A stretch of 59,000 nucleotides of DNA, filler included. It is 5 parts of 5 records of this genome, joined end to end, with 100 filler letters (N's around TTAATTAATTAA, not from the genome) between each part and the next. Parts side by side here need not be neighbours in the genome. Positions count along the whole stretch, not along the records: positions 52,659 to 59,000 come from SRR31156797_12211; 4 more parts are not named here. The stretch is one strand, 5' to 3'. The translations under genes were made by a program, and so were the position numbers. The notes under the pieces were generated by a model. The model saw only the letters and a list, made by a program, of their open reading frames with translations. It was not told the DNA's origin and did no database searches. Shown piece after piece: positions 58,054 to 59,000 of this stretch (the stretch's first letter is position 1; every line of letters begins with the position of its first letter).

Positions 58054-58932
58054 ATGAGTTATCTGAATTTCTTACGCGAAACGGCTGACAGGGCCGGAAA
58101 TGTGGTTTGTATGGGACTGGATCCCGTATTGGATCATCTGCCTGCAAGATTGGGCTATCGTATTGATGAGATCATCCCGAATTTTTTTGAGAAATTATTC
58201 GATGAAATGAGTAATCGTTACCTTAAACCGGCAGCTTTTAAACCCAATGCCGGTTATTATATTAAACATGACGTTCCCCTGCAGGGTGATTTTAGTGGAT
58301 CTCTTGCTTTATCAAAGACCATCAAGCTATGTCGTGAATATTTCCCGCATACTCCGGTTATCATGGATTATAAGCGTGGTGATATCGCAACATCTTCCGG
58401 TAATTATGCAAAAGAGGGATTTGAGCGTTGGGTAGCCGATGCCGTAACGATCTCTCCTTACATGGGTTCCGATTCTGTTATTCCTTTTTTGGAATATACA
58501 TCAAAGGGGCAAGGGACATATGTCTTGAATCGGACATCCAATGCCGGCGGCAAAGATCTTCAGAATTTAAAATTAGATGATGGACGTACTTTGTTTGAAG
58601 CCGTTGGTGATAAATTGATCGAATGGTCAAAAAAGTATCCGGGAACAGGTGCTGTTGTCGGTGCGACGTCTTTGAAAGAATTGAAAACTCTGGCAGAACA
58701 ATATGCTGAACATGAGATCCCGCTTCTTATCCCGGGTGTTGGCTCGCAAGGCGGTTCGGCAGTAGATGTTATGAATGCTTTGAAAAAAGCGAAATATGAC
58801 GTCAAATTGGCTCGAATTAATTCCTCCAGCGGATTGACACACCCCTGGAAAAAAGACGGTCATATCCCTGAAAACTGGGCAACGGTCTGTGCCGATGCTT
58901 TGGAAGTATTGATCGGTGATTGTAAAGTATAA
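58054..58932 (+). CDS. pyrF: Orotidine-5'-phosphate decarboxylase
   Basis: CMGLDP, AFKPN, DYKRGDIATS, RTSN, GAVVGAT, LIPGVGSQGG. Confidence 0.95.
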   Translation: MSYLNFLRETADRAGNVVCMGLDPVLDHLPARLGYRIDEIIPNFFEKLFDEMSNRYLKPAAFKPNAGYYIKHDVPLQGDFSGSLALSKTIKLCREYFPHTPVIMDYKRGDIATSSGNYAKEGFERWVADAVTISPYMGSDSVIPFLEYTSKGQGTYVLNRTSNAGGKDLQNLKLDDGRTLFEAVGDKLIEWSKKYPGTGAVVGATSLKELKTLAEQYAEHEIPLLIPGVGSQGGSAVDVMNALKKAKYDVKLARINSSSGLTHPWKKDGHIPENWATVCADALEVLIGDCKV

Positions 58933-58979
58933 AAGTGACCGGTTAAGGCAAAAGCTAAAGAAAAAGTCAAAAATATGAA

Positions 58980-59000
58980 GTAGAGACGCAGCATTGCTGC
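58980..59000. repeat. GTAG-type REP palindrome (cut by window end)
   Basis: GTAGAGACGCAGCATTGCTGC, same family as 52659-52687. Confidence 0.78.

Overview
The window is not one locus. It is five unrelated contigs joined by 100-nt N-spacers, each carrying TTAATTAATTAA, so adjacency across spacers means nothing. (1) 1-18170, GC-rich, resembles a deltaproteobacterial anaerobe. It holds a 12-gene catabolic operon (N-acyl-D-amino-acid deacylase, TRAP transporter, aminotransferase, M29-like hydrolase, four-subunit 2-oxoacid:ferredoxin oxidoreductase, divergent succinyl-CoA-synthetase-like ligase), then GntR, a divergent Ddl-like ligase, a SulP-STAS-cNMP transporter and a pseudo-receiver-TPR protein. 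(2) 18271-36024, AT-rich and Firmicutes-like, is an integrative mobilizable element beside a tmRNA 3' end. It carries an integrase, xis, AAA replicase, MobV relaxase, parAB with two palindromes, two ArdC-like paralogs, a Sau3AI-like R-M system and an AspBHI-like nuclease, plus two unannotated small-RNA units (a 2x56-nt structured-repeat RNA and an antisense RNA in the rep leader). (3) 36125-43451 is a surface-polysaccharide cluster (gmd, sugar C-methyltransferase, two multidomain glycosyltransferases). (4) 43552-52558 is a decayed prophage region with a candidate new defence cassette: XRE, TIR, unknown helical protein, membrane protein, second TIR, then a HEPN-like protein, with no ThsA. (5) 52659-59000 is housekeeping (U32 protein, folE, fused pyrBI, pyrE, pyrF) with GTAG-type REPs. 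The best candidates for new biology are the dual-TIR cassette (45480-48939) and the orphan repeat sRNA (24748-24965). All family calls come from reading motifs by eye; no searches were run, and taxonomic impressions are unverified.
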